A stretch of DNA of 64,000 nt from Lingula anatina (Eukaryota; Animalia; Brachiopoda). The notes beneath the pieces were generated by a model. It did not search any database and was not told the origin of the DNA. It was given only the letters and a program-made list of their open reading frames with translations. Location of the stretch: assembly GCA_051362555.1 (NCBI GenBank), contig CM120642.1, positions 20,026,001 through 20,090,000 of the forward strand. The letters are read 5' to 3'. Below, one piece after another: positions 61,209-64,000 of the stretch. The position numbers and the translations under genes are program-made. Position 1 is the first letter of the stretch. The number at the start of each line of letters is the position of its first letter.

Positions 61209-62591
61209 GCTTTTACATGTAAGTTCCTCACTTACTCTCCAATCTATAGGTTTCATCCAAAAAGTGAATAGCTAACCATATATATGTATATACACACACA
61301 TCTCCTCGCAACCCTTCAAATTGAAATGTGTGCACTATTCGTTTGGAAATTATATTTTTAATGTGGATACTTCAGGCGCACACATTATGTTAATATCATT
61401 TATCAACACTTTTCAGTGTTTATCATTTATGTGCTTCCTTTCTTTTAATTAAATGGACCTTCAATAAATGCGGCCGTCATTGGCCAAATTTCGAACATCA
61501 TACTTGAGTTTGTTCCATTCTTTTGGCATGTCCTATTACTTAAATCAGCTTAGATCAAGGAGACACAAAATATGTTTTCATAGTTGGATGAATAGCTGCT
61601 GGGATAATGAACCCATCCAAGCGCTTTTTTTATGAAATTCTGAACTCGAAAGACATACATAATCCAAATGTGACATTTCAAAGAAAACGGAGATTTATTT
61701 TGCCCTTTCGAGAGTCTTAACACTGTGAAAAGACACAACCTTTGAATACCAGATACCTACGACGCATCCTATTGTACGTTATATTTTACTGGTAAATTTG
61801 CGCGCCACATGTACAGAGTAGATACCAGTATTGGTGACTGTTGACTGGAGTATACAGGCATAGGGTACAATGTAACGCCGTGCACGTGTCGGTAAAAATT
61901 GTTTACACAACTCAAAAGATCCATCAGATCCAGACTGAAAATCATAAGTTTGACATGTTTAAACGTAACGTAACCAGTTTCTATTAGAACTATTTTTAGG
62001 ACCAGATACCTCATACTACAAGCATGACTCGATTCAAAAAATGCTTCTCATCAAAGTCAATTCATCTGAAAATGACACTGTATTTACATAATTTATAGCT
62101 TTTTTAGTTCTTTTATCCCATTTGCAAATTTTACTTTGGGAGAAAACCGGCTGCGTAGATCAGTTGTAAATTAATCATAATGCTTTTAAGGGAAATTCCA
62201 TTTTTTCAAAGCTTTAAAGCAGCTCTGCTTAATTCACTAGTAATCATCAAATAATGCTGGGATAATGCTAAATCATAAAACGCTCATATATTTTTCATTG
62301 TTTCCCTCTAGAAAAGGACATTGCTCTTTTACTGAAAGCTTTTTGGTTGGATTGGATTATTTCGTTGATTGTGAATAATGAATTATTTATATCAACATTT
62401 GTCATAAATGCGTTTACTGCAACCGGGTAGTCCCTGGGTTTCATACGTACACCGCGGAACATGTACTAATATATTTTAAGAACATTGCGAGGCATTGGAA
62501 TTTCTCGACGAAAGTACATGTGACACCGTCACCGACAACAACATCTTCAAAAATGATGGAAGTGTCAAGACGGTAGCTTATCAAATATACA

Positions 62592-62630
62592 GTGTGTGTG
62601 TGTGTGTGCGTGTGTGCGTGCGTGTGTGTG
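62592..62630. repeat. Imperfect (GT)n microsatellite
   Basis: Direct reading. Confidence 0.8.
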
Positions 62631-63743
62631 GTATTAGGTGTGTAGTACAACAGCTGAAACCATCACATGAGACTTTTAAAATATAGTTTACGGAATAAAC
62701 CCAGAAGAAACCACTGTACACAATTAAATCATTCGTCCGAATTTATTGACTAAAGATTATTTTCGTCAGAAGTATATCGAAATTTGTAAACATCATTTCT
62801 TTTCAAGTTTACGTTTTTCTTTAAGCGCTACGTAGGCCGAAGAAGTTTCAATATGAAGTCTAGATCCTGATTTCTACTGGTATTTCCCGGCTCTGCCTGC
62901 AGTCCGCGCCTGGTTCGATTGTGTTTCTACACACACGTGTACGTATTAATGCCATCTACACAAAGAGTTCCCGGGGCACAGTCGTTGACGAGACAGTCAT
63001 CATCATCTGGAAGAAAAAAGAATTAATTTGGAGAGCACATTCTGCATACACGTTCATAAATTCTGCTATTAAATAATGTCATTTATCTATAATTCCAATT
63101 AATTAACTTAGCGTGTTTTGGGTCAATCAACAAGATTCACAGTGACCATATGTGAAAAGACAAAAACAAGTGTTAGATAAGAGGAAATTTTAAAGTACCC
63201 CTTGTGGTAGGTGAACTCAATCGACCGGTAGCACTACGTGCAGGGGCTTCGTTCTGATTAACTGCTTCAGTGGCAATAAATGATTGTTTTTTTTTTTTCA
63301 CAACAACAGCAATTTGCTTGCTTTGACCCGTTTCTGGTGTTTTCACTTTGTCAATATCAAATCATAATTATTGTACGAATTAGTACTAGTCCAGTTTCAG
63401 TTTTGGATACATATAATCTGAAAGCTGAGTCATGGAATAATCTGATTAATTTCGCACCAGTTTACAGGAACTTACTTCACTCTTTAATGCGGGTGCATAT
63501 TATTCCTCACTTAGGACTAAGCCATAGCACCGTTTATACTACATGTATTACCAAGAGGTGAAAGTTTACTTTTACTCCTAATAATGATTTATTAAAATTA
63601 AACAAGTTGATTCAGTAATGGGGGTTCACAGCCTATGAAAATTACGAGCTTATCCAAGATCCCAAATGGGGGTGGGGAGCGAAGACCCCGATCCTCGTTC
63701 TGATGCATGCTTTTATGCGCTATTAGCTTAACATTTACCCAGT

Positions 63744-63744
<1 letters not shown>

Positions 63745-63776
<32 letters not shown>
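63745..63776. repeat. (GT)n microsatellite
   Basis: Direct reading. Confidence 0.9.
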
Positions 63777-63778
<2 letters not shown>

Positions 63779-64000
63779 AAGTTTGAAAGGGACACAAGGT
63801 TCATGTTCCCCTTTAATTTTTTTAAGTTGCCATTTTGGGGCAAGCTCTATTCATGAAAGGAGCTTCCCCATTTTTAGGAGCTTCCCCAATTTTAAGAGGA
63901 AGGGTTAGGTTCATCTGCCACATGGAAAAAGAACCCCACTGTACCGGTGGTTACCACACTTTACACACAAAACACGTTCTCCATTTTAGCCTCACCTCGG

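Noticed and set aside
1-64000. tRNA, rRNA, snRNA, retrotransposon or viral ORFs
   Set aside because: None recognised by eye. Covariance-model and profile searches were not run, so degenerate copies cannot be excluded.

Overview
AT-rich eukaryotic genomic DNA, most consistent with an invertebrate animal. It has GT-AG introns, microsatellites and many non-autonomous DNA transposons, and no prokaryotic features. Three protein-coding loci are supported. (1) The 5' part of an ABCC4/MRP4-like ABC transporter on the minus strand runs off the left edge: a conserved 111-bp exon at 783-893 plus several candidate alternative upstream exons to ~14.7 kb. (2) A complete DEG/ENaC (ASIC/BASIC-like) channel gene lies on the minus strand at 25505->17243, with 9 coding exons assembled by hand, consistent intron phases and 508 aa. 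(3) A class A GPCR of the FMRFamide-receptor-like/peptide-chemosensory type lies on the plus strand at 56422-57786 with no intron in its CDS. Notable structure: a sharp CpG-depleted to CpG-normal transition at ~14.2 kb, with one MITE family caught in decayed and intact form on either side; a three-level nested transposon at 45.5-50.2 kb; CAG..CTG MITEs with apparent 5-bp target duplications; a Tyr/Asp-rich insert in the channel finger domain; and two long hairpins. No clearly new multi-gene system can be proven from sequence alone. The best candidates are listed as hypotheses.
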